Shown here one piece after another: positions 1 to 9,567 of a stretch of 64,000 bases of DNA. Location: contig CAVOTN010000003.1 of assembly GCA_963699325.1 (NCBI GenBank), positions 154,600 through 218,599 on the forward strand, read 5' to 3'. Positions within the stretch are counted from its first letter, which is position 1, and every line of letters starts with the position of its first letter. The position numbers were made by a program, and so were the translations under genes. The DNA comes from an uncultured Solirubrobacterales bacterium (lineage in GTDB: Bacteria; Actinomycetota; Thermoleophilia; Solirubrobacterales; Solirubrobacteraceae). The notes below the pieces were generated by a model, which worked only from the letters and a program-made list of their open reading frames with translations, did no database searches and was not told where the DNA came from.

Positions 1-555
1 CCGGCGAACGCGGGCATGGCGATCGGGCCGCCGGTGCTGGTTGCGCTCGCGCGGGGTCAGTTCGACCTCGTGCGCTCGCTCGTCGACGAGTTCGACCGGC
101 TGCAGGCCGAGACCGGCGCCGCGTTCGAGAGCGACTACCGCGGCGTTCGCACGGTCGCGCTCGCACACCTCGAGGGCGCCCCGGATCGGGCGCTGGCCGC
201 GATTGTGGACTCCGGCTCCGGCGACTATGCCGAGTGGCCGGCGTGGCTTCCATTTGCGGTCGACCTGCTGGTGGGGGGCGACGACGACGGTCCGCTCACC
301 GCGGCGCTCGAGGCGCTGAACAGGCCCTCGGTGCCGAAGACCTCGCCGTACGTGATCGCGCAGGAGCGGCGGCTCGCCGCGCACCTGGCTGCCCGAGCCG
401 GCGAGCGCGACGTCGCCGCCGAGCACTGGCGCGCGGCGTGGCGGCTGATGAACGAGGCCGGCGTCGTGTTCGACGCTGCCGTGCTCGCGCTCGAAGCTGA
501 CGCCGACGCGCTCCGTGCCGGACGCGATCGCCACGCTCGAGCGTCTGCGGGCTAA
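1..555 (+). CDS. C-terminal part of a large helical/TPR-like protein (5'-truncated by window); possibly the tail of a cyclase/AAA-ATPase-type regulator
   Basis: Frame open from base 1 to TAA 555; Ala/Leu-rich helical sequence; family assignment is a guess. Confidence 0.45.
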   Translation, partial: PANAGMAIGPPVLVALARGQFDLVRSLVDEFDRLQAETGAAFESDYRGVRTVALAHLEGAPDRALAAIVDSGSGDYAEWPAWLPFAVDLLVGGDDDGPLTAALEALNRPSVPKTSPYVIAQERRLAAHLAARAGERDVAAEHWRAAWRLMNEAGVVFDAAVLALEADADALRAGRDRHARASAG

Positions 556-1031
556 CGCGCCGGCGGGTCGCGGCGCGCGACCGGCGTGGCGTTGACGATT
601 GAGGTCGTGGTCTCGCCGTAGAGCAGGAACTGGTCGAGCACGGTCGGGAGCTCCTCGATCGAGCCGAGGTGGAGCTTGATGTAGAAGCAGTCCTCGCCGG
701 TGATCCGCAGGCACTCCTCGATCTGAGGGATGGTCGCCGCCAGCTCGGCGATCTTGGCGAGCTGCCGGACGGCGGGCTTCACCCGGACGATCGCGGTCAG
801 CTGATAGCCGAGCGCCCGGGGGTCGATCTCGGCGCGGTAGCCGGTGATCACGCCGGCCTGCTCGAGGCGCTTGACGCGTTCGGTCACCGCCGGCGGGGAC
901 AGGTTCGTCCGCCGCCCGAGCTCGGCGAACGAGACGCGACCGTCGACCGCGAGCTCGCTGATGATCTTATGGTCGATCGGGTCGAGATCCGGAAAATCAG
1001 TGGGCCGAGTGGTGTTGGTGGCGTTCTTCAT
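552..1031 (-). CDS. Lrp/AsnC family transcriptional regulator
   Basis: LDPIDHKIISELAVDGRVSFAELGRRTNLSPPAVTERVKRLEQAGVITGY HTH; ITGEDCF AsnC domain; ATG at 1031. Confidence 0.95.
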   Translation of the reverse strand: MKNATNTTRPTDFPDLDPIDHKIISELAVDGRVSFAELGRRTNLSPPAVTERVKRLEQAGVITGYRAEIDPRALGYQLTAIVRVKPAVRQLAKIAELAATIPQIEECLRITGEDCFYIKLHLGSIEELPTVLDQFLLYGETTTSIVNATPVARRDPPAR

Positions 1032-1102
1032 AAGGTAGGACGAGGATAACGCCTGCGATTGCCCATGTTCAACTGGGTCGCGGGTGGCGAGACTTAGTGG
1101 AC

Positions 1103-2044
1103 ATGTTGGGTTCGCGCTCGAAGGCCGTCGTCGTGCCGCCGCAGGCGTATTTCGTCGGCAGCGCGGTGTTCCACTACCTCGGGCCGGCGTTCGCGGTGCT
1201 GCTGTTCGCACGGGTGGCGCCGCTCGGCGTCGCCTGGCTGCGGATCGTCAGCGCGGCGGTCCTGTTCGCGCTGTGGCGGCGGCCGTGGCGGCCGGTACTC
1301 GCCGCCGGCCGTTCGACGGTGCGGCTGGTGGTCGCGCTCGGGGTCGTGCTCGCGATCATGAACAGCTGCTTCTACGAGGCGATCGCCCGGCTGCCGCTCG
1401 GGACGGTGTCCGCGATCGAGTTCCTCCCGGTGATCGTGCTCGCGGCGCTGGGCGTCCGGTCGTTGCGCAACGGGCTGGCGCTCGCGCTGGCGGTGGCGGG
1501 GGTGTTCGCGCTCGTCGCCGTTCAGCTCCGCGGCGAGCCGCTCGGCGTGGCGCTGGCGTTCGCCAACGCGGGGCTGTTCGCGTGTTACATCGTGCTCGCG
1601 CACCGCGTCTCGCGCGCGCCGGGGATCGCCGGCATCGATGGGCTGGCCGGCGCGATGCTGGTCGCCGCGCCCGTGAGCACCGCGATCGGCGGCTGGGCCG
1701 TCGTCCCCCACCTGCTCGACCCGCTGGCGATCGGCGCCGGGATCGGCGTCGGCATCACCTCGTCGGTGATCCCGTACGTGTGCGACCAGCTCGCGATGAC
1801 GCGCCTGAGTCGGTCCACCTACTCGCTGATGGTGTCGCTGCTGCCGGCGACCGCGACCGTGATCGGGATCGTCGTGCTGTCGCAGATTCCGAGCGCGCGC
1901 CAGGTGCTCGGCGTGGTGTTGGTCGTCGTTGCGGTGGGGCTTCACCGCGACACCGCTACAGCGGGCGTCGGACCCCGACCTCGTCGACGTGCGCGAGCAG
2001 GTCTCCCGGGTCTTCGTACACCCGGTACGCGCCCGAGTAGATGA
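1103..2044 (+). CDS. EamA/RhtA-like DMT family exporter
   Basis: About 10 hydrophobic segments; RLPLGTVSAIEFLP and SSVIPY motifs; divergent from Lrp regulator. Confidence 0.88.
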   Translation: MLGSRSKAVVVPPQAYFVGSAVFHYLGPAFAVLLFARVAPLGVAWLRIVSAAVLFALWRRPWRPVLAAGRSTVRLVVALGVVLAIMNSCFYEAIARLPLGTVSAIEFLPVIVLAALGVRSLRNGLALALAVAGVFALVAVQLRGEPLGVALAFANAGLFACYIVLAHRVSRAPGIAGIDGLAGAMLVAAPVSTAIGGWAVVPHLLDPLAIGAGIGVGITSSVIPYVCDQLAMTRLSRSTYSLMVSLLPATATVIGIVVLSQIPSARQVLGVVLVVVAVGLHRDTATAGVGPRPRRRARAGLPGLRTPGTRPSR

Positions 2045-2645
2045 GCTCCTCGCGGCCGTAGCCGCCCGACAGCAGCCCGACCCCGAGGGCCCGGGCCCGC
2101 CGGGCCGCGAGCAGGTCCCAGACGCTGTCGCCGACGACGATGCTGTCGCGGATGTCGACCCCGATCAGCTCGGCGGCGGCCAGAAACAGGTCCGGGTCCG
2201 GCTTGGCGTAGCGGACCTGGTCACGGGTCACCAGCGGCGTGTCGGGCGGCAGACCGAGCAGGTCGAGGCCGCGACGTGCGTATCGCTCCACGCCGCTGGT
2301 GGCGATCGCCCAGGGCACGTCGAGGGCGGTCAACGTCTCGAGCAGCTCGGCGGCTCCGGGCAGCGGGCGGACGCTGTCGTAGAGGCGCAGGAACTCGTCC
2401 TGATGCAGCTTTGGCAGCGCCTCGACCGTGTCCGGGTCCAGTTCGCTCTCGAGCTCGCGCCTGAGCGCGTTCATGAACAGCCCGCCGCTCATGCCGATGC
2501 GCCGGTGGATCTTCCACACGGCCAGATTTATGCCGACCTGTTGCATCGCCGAGCGCCAGGCAAGGACGTGCTGGTAGACCGAGTCGATCAGGGTCCCGTC
2601 GAGATCGAACAGGAACGCTGGGCGGCTGCGAGCCTCGATGGTCAC
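1956..2645 (-). CDS. HAD family hydrolase
   Basis: FDLDGTL motif I, ATSG, KPDPDLF, VGDSVWD. Confidence 0.93.
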   Translation of the reverse strand: MTIEARSRPAFLFDLDGTLIDSVYQHVLAWRSAMQQVGINLAVWKIHRRIGMSGGLFMNALRRELESELDPDTVEALPKLHQDEFLRLYDSVRPLPGAAELLETLTALDVPWAIATSGVERYARRGLDLLGLPPDTPLVTRDQVRYAKPDPDLFLAAAELIGVDIRDSIVVGDSVWDLLAARRARALGVGLLSGGYGREELIYSGAYRVYEDPGDLLAHVDEVGVRRPL

Positions 2646-2677
2646 CCCCGGGATCTTCGCTCAATTACCGTACACGC

Positions 2678-3899
2678 GTGATCACGACTGAGGGCCTGGC
2701 CGCGCGGCTGCGCGAACTCGAGGACGTCGGCGTCGGTCCGGAGGGCGTATACCGTCTCGCCTGGACCGACGAGGACGCGGCGACGCGCGCCTGGTTCGAG
2801 CGCCAAGCCGCGGATATTGGGCTGCGCGTCGAGCGCGATCCCGCGGGAAACCTGTGGGCCTGCCCGCAGCGCGGACCCACCGTGGTGGGGGATCGGGTCG
2901 CATCTGGACAGCGTGCGCGGCGGCGGCCGGTTCGACGGGCCGCTCGGCGTGGCGTGCGCGTTCGAGGTCGCGGCCGCGGTCGCGCCGGAGGTGGCCGCCG
3001 GCGCGGTCCCGCCCGTCGCCGTTCTCTCGTTCGCCGATGAGGAGGGCGCGCGCTTCAACACGCCGACGTTCGGGAGCAAGGCGTTGAGCGGACGGCTCGA
3101 CCTCCCGGCGGTCCTTGCACGACGCGACGATGCCGGCGTCGCGCTGGCCGACGCGATGCGCTCGGCCGGGGTCGATCCGAACGGGATCGGGGAGGCGCCC
3201 GGATGGCTTTCGAAGCTGGCGGGGTTCATCGAGGTCCACATCGACCAGACGACCGAGCTCGCCCGCGCCGGCGCCCCCGTCGGGCTGGTCAGCGCGCTGG
3301 CCGCGCGGACGCGGCTCGAGGTGCGGCTGCGGGGGCGCGCCGACCATGCCGGGACCACGCCCAGGTCCGAGCGACGTGACGCGCTGTCGGCGGCGGCGCG
3401 CCTGATCGTGGGCGTCGAGGACCTGGTGGGCGACGGTCCGGCGCTCACGATCACAACCTCGCGGATCCTGGCCAGCCCCAACGCGCCGACGACGATCGCC
3501 GCCGAGGTGCGGCTGTGGATCGACGCGCGCGCGCCCGGCGGGTTCGCGGCGATCGACGCGTGGCGCGCTGAGGTGGACGACCTGGCCGCGGCATTGTCGG
3601 CGCGGTCCGGGGTCGAGATCGACCTCTCGGTTGCCTCGCGGAGCGACGCACGCGAGTTCTCGCCGGTGCTCCGGGCCGCGCTGGCGCGCGCGAGCGAGGA
3701 GGTCATCGGCCACGCCGCGCCCGAGGTCGTGTGCTTCGCCGGCCACGACGCCGGCGTCCTGGCCGAGCGCGTCCCGGCGGCAATGCTGCTCGTCCGCAAC
3801 GAGACCGGCGTCAGCCACTCGCCGGCCGAGGACGTCTCGCTCGCGGACGCCGCGGTGGCGGCCCGGGTCGTCGAGCGTGCGCTGAGCGAGCAGACATGA
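2678..3899 (+). CDS. M20 family Zn-dependent amidohydrolase (allantoate/N-carbamoyl amidohydrolase-like); +1 frameshift near 2865-2875
   Basis: N-terminus in ORF 2678 (RLAWT..D.AGN), rest in ORF 2817 (GSHLDS, GRFDG, DEEGARF, EVHIDQ, DHAGTTP, GHDA, SHSPAE). Confidence 0.88.
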
Positions 3900-5048
3900 C
3901 GACACGGGCGCACGCGATTCCCGGGATGCCCAACGCGCACTCGCATGCCTTCCAGCGCGGGCTGCGGGGGCGCGCCGAACGCCCGGGCCCCGCCGGCGGC
4001 GAGGACGACTTCTGGACGTGGCGGACCGAGATGTTCGCGCTCGCCGACACGCTCGATCCCGAGCGGATGCACTCGGTGGCGCTCGAGACGTATGCCGAGA
4101 TGGCCGCAGCGGGGTACTCGGTCGTGGGCGAGTTCCACTACGTCCACCACCAGCCCGACGGCACGCCGTACGCCGAACCGAACGCGATGGCGCACGCCGT
4201 CGCGCAGGCGGCGATCGACGCCGGACTGCCGATCGTGCTGCTCCCGGCCGCGTACAACCGTGGCGGCTGGGACGGCGAGGACCTCCCGCCGGCGCATGGC
4301 CAGCGCCGCTTCTGCGACCCCGACGTCGAGACGTTCTTGGCGCGGGTGGACGCGTTGCGCTCATGGGCGGCGTCGCTGCCTGGCGTCGAGGTGGGGATTG
4401 CCGCCCACAGCGTCCGCGCCGTCCCAGCGTCGTGGCTCGAGGCGATCGCCGAGTACTCAGAGCGCCACCGGATCGTCCGCCACGTCCACGCCCACGAGCA
4501 GCGCCGAGAGCTCGAGGAGTGCCGGGCCGAGCACGGCTGCTCGCCGATTGAGCTGCTCGACCGGACCGGGTTCCTCGGTCCGCGCGCGAATGTGATCCAC
4601 GGGATCCACGTCGCGGACGCCGACATTTCGGCGCTTGCCCGCACCGGAGCGACGGTCGTGTCCTGCCCGACGACAGAGGGGAACCTCGGCGACGGGTACC
4701 TGCCGGCGATGGCGTACGCGGATGCGGGCGTGCCGCTCGCGATCGGCAGCGACTCGCAGGTGCGGATCGATCCGTTCGAGGAGGCGCGAGAGCTCGAGAC
4801 CGGCTCGCGCCGGGAGCGCCAGCTCCGCTCGGGGCTGCTGGCGTCGGTGGGCGACCTGTGGACCGAGCTGTGCCGGAATGGCTACCGGAGCCTCGGCCTC
4901 GCCGCCGAGCTCGAGCTGCCGACGATCGAGATCGACCTCGGCCATTCCGACCTGCGGGGAGTCGAGCCCGGCGGACCTGCCGCTCGCGCTGGTCACGTGC
5001 GCGTCGGCCGCGATCGTGACGCGGGGAGTCGCCGGCCCCGTTCGCTAG
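3896..5048 (+). CDS. hutF: Formimidoylglutamate deiminase; +1 frameshift near 4970
   Basis: PNAHSHAFQR, EFHYVHH, APHS-like AAHSVRAV, HAHEQ, CPTTEGNLGDG, IGSDS; ATGA overlap with upstream gene; C-terminus continues in ORF ending 5048. Confidence 0.88.
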
Positions 5049-5100
5049 GCGCAGCTACTACTGGGGTGAGCGCAGCCGGATCCAGCTCCTAATCCTTAAG

Positions 5101-5159
5101 TGAGACGCGCCCCGAATCCGGCGGAGAGGGTGATTGCCGGCGTTGCTGGGGCGCGCTCA
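5101..5159. terminator. Nested stem-loop between convergent genes (possible terminator or ncRNA)
   Basis: cgcgcccc 5106-5113 pairs with ggggcgcg 5148-5155; inner ccggc/gccgg. Confidence 0.35.
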
Positions 5160-5238
5160 AGGGAGGAGGGTCTTGAAGGATGACTTACGAAGAACTAGTT
5201 GTCCAAGACGAATTTCCGCGCGGACATATAAGCGCCGC

Positions 5239-6207
5239 TTATGAATTCGTGAACACGATCTTCCCCGACGTCTCGCCGTGGAGCATCGCCTCGAATCCCT
5301 GCCGGGCGTCGCTCAGCGGCATCGTCGTGCTGATCGCCGGGCGCACGCCCTGGTCGACGCACATCCGGATCAGCCGCCCCAGCTCCTCGCGGGTCCCCAT
5401 CGTCGACCCGACCACCGATAGCTGGAGGAAGAAGATCCGGGTCAGCTCCGCCGGCGGAGCGTCTCCGGTGGTTGCTCCGGAGATCACGATCGTGCCGCCC
5501 GGCTTGAGCGCGCGGATCGAATGGGCCCAGGTCGCCTGGCCGGTCGTCTCCATCACCGCGTCGACGCGCTCGGGCAGGCGCGCCCCGGGTTCGAACGCCT
5601 GGTCCGCGCCGAGTTCGAGCGCCAGCGCGCGCTTCTCCTCCGAGCGCCCGGTGACCCACATCCGGATTCCGGCCGCGCTGCCGAGCACGGTCAGGGCGGT
5701 GGCGACGCCGCCGGTCGCGCCCTGAACCAGCACGGTCGAGCCCGGCGGCACCCGCCCCCGCCCGAACAGCATCCGGTAGGCGGTCAGCCATGCCGTCGGC
5801 AGGCACGCGGCCTGCTCGAACGACAGCTCCGCCGGCTTGGGCAGCAGGTTCCAGCTCGGGACCGCGACCTTCTGCGCGAACGTCCCGGGGTAGCGCTCGG
5901 ACAGCAGCGAGCGGCGCGGGTCGAGCGTCTCGTCCCCGTGCCACGACGGATCGTTGATCACCGAGTGGACGATCACCTCGTTGCCGTCTTCGTCGAGCCC
6001 GGCGGCGTCGCAGCCCAGGATCATCGGCAGGCGGTCCTCGGGCAGTCCGACGCCCCGAAGCGACCACAGATCGTGGTGGTTGAGCGAGGCGGCCTTGAGC
6101 GTGATCGTCGTCCACCCGTCGGGGACGTCGGGCTCGGGTCGGTCGTCGATGCGCAGGCCGCTGAGCGGATCGTCGCGGTCGATGGCGGAGGCGTAAACGG
6201 CGAGCAT
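5239..6207 (-). CDS. Zinc-binding dehydrogenase / quinone oxidoreductase (MDR family)
   Basis: ASLNHHDLW, ILGCDAAG, LPTAWLTAYRML, VQGATGGVA, GSTMG. Confidence 0.92.
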   Translation of the reverse strand: MLAVYASAIDRDDPLSGLRIDDRPEPDVPDGWTTITLKAASLNHHDLWSLRGVGLPEDRLPMILGCDAAGLDEDGNEVIVHSVINDPSWHGDETLDPRRSLLSERYPGTFAQKVAVPSWNLLPKPAELSFEQAACLPTAWLTAYRMLFGRGRVPPGSTVLVQGATGGVATALTVLGSAAGIRMWVTGRSEEKRALALELGADQAFEPGARLPERVDAVMETTGQATWAHSIRALKPGGTIVISGATTGDAPPAELTRIFFLQLSVVGSTMGTREELGRLIRMCVDQGVRPAISTTMPLSDARQGFEAMLHGETSGKIVFTNS

Positions 6208-6282
6208 GGGGCCAATCATGCCGTAGCGGCGCGGGTCACGACGTGGCGGTCGCCGGCGGCAGGGTGCGACAATCTTGTCCAC

Positions 6283-6717
6283 ATGGCCACCGTCACCGCG
6301 CGCGCCACCAAAGCGGTCGACGCCTCGCCGGACCGGGTCCTTGCCTTCCTACGGGATTACCGGGAGGCGAGGCCGCGCATTCTCACCGAAAACTACAGCC
6401 AGTACCGGGTCGAATCGGGAGGGCAGGGTCAGGGGACCGTGATCGGGTACCACTTCGCGGCCGGCGGCCGCGAGCGCGACTACCGGCTGAGCGTCGAGGC
6501 GGACGGCGCCGGCCTGCTCGAGCGCGACCAGCTGTCCTCGTACGTGTCGCGCTGGACCGTCGCCCCCGAGGATTCCGGCTCGCAGGTCACGCTCGAGGCC
6601 ACCTGGCAGGGCGCCGGCGGGATCGGCGGCGTGTTCGAGCGAACGTTCGCCCCGATCGGCCTGCGGCGGATCTTCGGCGAGATGCTCGACAAGCTCGCCG
6701 CGGCCGTCTCAGCCTGA
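6283..6717 (+). CDS. SRPBCC (polyketide cyclase/dehydrase-like) family protein
   Basis: 144-aa ORF with START-like pattern, C-terminal FERTFAP..LRRI helix. Confidence 0.8.
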   Translation: MATVTARATKAVDASPDRVLAFLRDYREARPRILTENYSQYRVESGGQGQGTVIGYHFAAGGRERDYRLSVEADGAGLLERDQLSSYVSRWTVAPEDSGSQVTLEATWQGAGGIGGVFERTFAPIGLRRIFGEMLDKLAAAVSA

Positions 6718-7158
6718 CTCGATCGCCTTCTTGAGCTCGCCGGCGCGCGCTCCCGCGAGCATCTGGCGAAGCACGTCGACGATCGGGCCGCGGACCAGCA
6801 TCCCGAGCCTGCGGCCGAGGTCGACGTCGATCGAATAGGTGGCGCGGGTCCGGTCGCCGCCGAGATCCTCGAGCTCCCAGCTCCCCTCGACCGACTTGAG
6901 GTCGCCCTCCTCCTGCGTCCAGCTCAGCCGTCCCGGGCCGTCGTAGGTGAACCGGACCTTCGCCTTGACCGCGCGCACCTTCGCGTCGGTCTCGCTCTCG
7001 CAGAACGTCGCCCGGCCCTCGGCGTCGTGCTCGAGCGCGTGCATGGACTTGAGGCCGCCCTGCCACTCGGGCGCGCTCTCGACGTCCTGCACCAGCGCCC
7101 ACACGCGGTCGCGCGGAGCGTCGATCTCCTCGGTTGAGCTGCCGCTCAAGTTCGCCAT
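6709..7158 (-). CDS. SRPBCC family protein
   Basis: EIDAPRDRVWALVQDVESAPEWQGG; VEGSWELEDLG..RTRATY. Confidence 0.88.
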   Translation of the reverse strand: MANLSGSSTEEIDAPRDRVWALVQDVESAPEWQGGLKSMHALEHDAEGRATFCESETDAKVRAVKAKVRFTYDGPGRLSWTQEEGDLKSVEGSWELEDLGGDRTRATYSIDVDLGRRLGMLVRGPIVDVLRQMLAGARAGELKKAIESG

Positions 7159-7209
7159 CGATTCGAACCTCCTGTTTGGATCGCGCGGTGATTATGTCCA
7201 TGCGCGTCG

Positions 7210-7354
7210 GGTCATAACTCCACAGTCAACGATCCCGGCCGCTCGAGATCCGACGTATGACCCGCATGCGTGTCCGAATCCACAGTCGGCGCAGGACGGG
7301 TGCCGAGTGCGCGGTTATGACCCCACCGGCGTCTTGGGTTATGACCCACCGGCG
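7210..7354. repeat. Cluster of short intergenic repeats (GTTATGACC x4, TCCACAGTC x2)
   Basis: ggttatgaccc(c)accggcg at 7313-7331 and 7337-7354; inverted ggtcataac 7210-7218; tccacagtc 7219 and 7279. Confidence 0.6.
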
Positions 7355-7434
7355 GCTCGGGTGCCGGCGGTTTCAACACCAGACGGGGCTCGGCGGTCGA
7401 GTCTGTCGGGTTCGGCGACAATCGTGGCCGGACC

Positions 7435-8061
7435 ATGCCCGCCACCGCCACCGCGACCGCCACCGTGATCGAGATCGACACCCCGCACGGCCCGGCGCGC
7501 GCCCACGTCACCAAGATCCGCGGCGCCACCGGCGCGCTGGTGCTCGGCCACGGCGCCGGCGGAGGCGTGACCGCGCGCGACCTGGTGGCGGCGGCCGAGG
7601 AGGCGCTGTCGCAGAAGCTCAGCGTGGCGCTGGTCGAGCAGCCCTACCGGGTCGCCGGCCGGCGCTCGCCGGCGCCGGCGGCGCAGCTCGACGCCGCCTG
7701 GATCGCGGTCCTGGCGCACCTGAAGGCCAAGGCGCTGAAAGGGCTGCCGGTTGTGTGCGGCGGCCGGTCCTCGGGCGCCCGGGTCGCGTGCCGCACGGCC
7801 GGCGAGACCGGCGCGGCGGGGGTGTTGTGCCTGGCGTTCCCGCTCCGCCCGCCGGGCCGGCCGTCTGCGCCGAGCCGTCAGGACGAACTCGACGGCGTGA
7901 GCGCGCCCGTGCTCGTCGTCCAGGGCGCGAGCGACCCGTTCGGGATGCCGGCTCCCGGGCCGGGGCGAACCGTGGTCACCGTCGCCGGCAACCACAGCCT
8001 GCGGGGCGATCTCGGCGCCCTGCGGACTGCCGTGCGGGAGTGGCTCTCAGAGGTAGTCTGA
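7435..8061 (+). CDS. Alpha/beta hydrolase (KANL3/Tex30-like)
   Basis: LGHGAGGG, GGRSSGARVACR nucleophile elbow, LCLAFPL, QGASDPFG, H in AGNHSL. Confidence 0.9.
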   Translation: MPATATATATVIEIDTPHGPARAHVTKIRGATGALVLGHGAGGGVTARDLVAAAEEALSQKLSVALVEQPYRVAGRRSPAPAAQLDAAWIAVLAHLKAKALKGLPVVCGGRSSGARVACRTAGETGAAGVLCLAFPLRPPGRPSAPSRQDELDGVSAPVLVVQGASDPFGMPAPGPGRTVVTVAGNHSLRGDLGALRTAVREWLSEVV

Positions 8062-8066
8062 CCGGG

Positions 8067-8711
8067 ATGGTGTGCCAACGGATCGGCCACGGTGGCGCGA
8101 GCGCGCTGGCCCGGGCCAACACGCTCGCCTCGTTCGATGCGGCGTGCGAGATCGGCGTCGACATGGTCGAGTTCGACGTGCGCGCGTGGGACGGCGGGCT
8201 CGTGCTCGCCCACACCGTGCTCCACGCGCGGCGCGGCGGCAACGTGGGCCTGCGCGAGGCGCTCGCGCATCTGTCGGGCCGGCGGTTCGCCGAAGTCGAG
8301 CTGAACGTGGACGTCAAGCACATCGGCTGCGAGCCGGCACTGCTCGATCACCTGCGCCGGGCGTCGCTGCTGGACCGGACGCTGATCTCCTCGCAGGTGC
8401 CGGCCGTGCTCGACCGGGTTCGCTCTCTCGAGCCACGGGCCAGAGTCGGCCTCTCGGTCGGCGGCCGCTTCGCGCGGCTCAGCCGTCGCTGGCGGGACTG
8501 GCGGCTGGTGGCGCTCGCGGGCATGCAAAGCGGACGCTGGGACGCGCTGATGGCGCAGCACAGGCTGGTGGACGTCCGGCTGCTGGGCGACGTCGTCGAC
8601 CGGGGCGGCCGGCTGTACGCGTGGACCGTGAACGAGCGCGCGGCGATTGCGCGGCTGCGAGCGCTCGGCGTGCACGGGATCGCCACCGCCGACCCACGCC
8701 TGTTCGGGTAG
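8067..8711 (+). CDS. Glycerophosphodiester phosphodiesterase family protein
   Basis: IGHGGAS..ARANTLASF, VEFDVR, LNVDVK, AWTVN, GIATADP. Confidence 0.88.
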   Translation: MVCQRIGHGGASALARANTLASFDAACEIGVDMVEFDVRAWDGGLVLAHTVLHARRGGNVGLREALAHLSGRRFAEVELNVDVKHIGCEPALLDHLRRASLLDRTLISSQVPAVLDRVRSLEPRARVGLSVGGRFARLSRRWRDWRLVALAGMQSGRWDALMAQHRLVDVRLLGDVVDRGGRLYAWTVNERAAIARLRALGVHGIATADPRLFG

Positions 8712-8827
8712 CGCCTTCGCTTACAGAGGTGCCGCCGGCCAGGCGACCACGGACAGGACGGGGAACCAGGCCCCAGGGACGCCGCGAAGCGGCCCCTAAT
8801 CGGTCGTCCTGCGTAGGCTGGTTGACC

Positions 8828-9565
8828 ATGCAAGAGATGGTCCCGGCGCCCGAACGCGGGCGGGTGTTCACCGAGCCCGCGCGCCCGACGCTGGCCGACT
8901 GCGCGCCCACCGGCCGTGTCCGACTCGACGCGCTCGCGCGCTGGGCGCAGGACGTCGCCTACAACGACTCGCTGCACGCGGGCATGGCGCGCCGCGCCGT
9001 GTGGGTCGTCCGGCGGACCCGGATGCGAGTGGGTCGCTTTCCCCGGCTCGGCGAGCAGTTCGTCGTAGCTACGTTCTGCAGCGCCCTCGGGCGGATGTGG
9101 GCCGAGCGCCGGACCTCGATCACGCGCGCCGGCGACGCCGCCGGCGCGGTCGAGCTCGTCTCGCTGTGGGTTCACCTCGACCCTCTGAGCGGCCGCCCGA
9201 CCAAGCTGAGCGAGGAGGAGATCGCGACGTGGGGGGAGTCGACCGCCGGCCGGACCGTGACCGCGCGACTCCGCCACCCGCCCCCCGACGGAGTGCAGGA
9301 CGGCTTCCCGTGGTGGTTTCGCGGCACCGAGCTCGACCTCGCCCGCCACGTCAACAACGCCGCCTACCTGACTCCACTCGAGGAGGAACTGCTGCGCCAG
9401 GAAGGCGAGCCGGACTCGATCGATCTGGAGATCGAGTACCGCTCGCCGGCGCAGCCGGGCGAGATGCGCGTGCTCCGCCACGGGCCTCGCCGCTGGATCG
9501 TCAGCCCCGAGGGCGAGACGCACGCATCGATAATCATCGCCCCGACACCGACACAGGAGGTCTGA
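8828..9565 (+). CDS. Acyl-ACP thioesterase domain protein
   Basis: RLDALARWAQDVA, WVVRRT, LDLARHVNNAAY, IEYR hot-dog fold motifs. Confidence 0.88.
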   Translation: MQEMVPAPERGRVFTEPARPTLADCAPTGRVRLDALARWAQDVAYNDSLHAGMARRAVWVVRRTRMRVGRFPRLGEQFVVATFCSALGRMWAERRTSITRAGDAAGAVELVSLWVHLDPLSGRPTKLSEEEIATWGESTAGRTVTARLRHPPPDGVQDGFPWWFRGTELDLARHVNNAAYLTPLEEELLRQEGEPDSIDLEIEYRSPAQPGEMRVLRHGPRRWIVSPEGETHASIIIAPTPTQEV

Positions 9566-9567
9566 AC

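Noticed and set aside
5085-5165. TPP or glycine riboswitch resemblance (TGAGA, GGAGAG, gccggcg)
   Set aside because: Core elements such as GAACCTGAT or CTCTCAGG are missing, and it lies 3' of both flanking genes
5180-5725. ORF with SD-like ggaggaggg and ATG at 5180
   Set aside because: All but the first 20 codons are antisense to the MDR dehydrogenase; no recognisable protein
7210-7354. CRISPR array
   Set aside because: Repeats too short and degenerate, irregular spacing, no cas genes; same reasoning for 33059-33139 and 51960-52064
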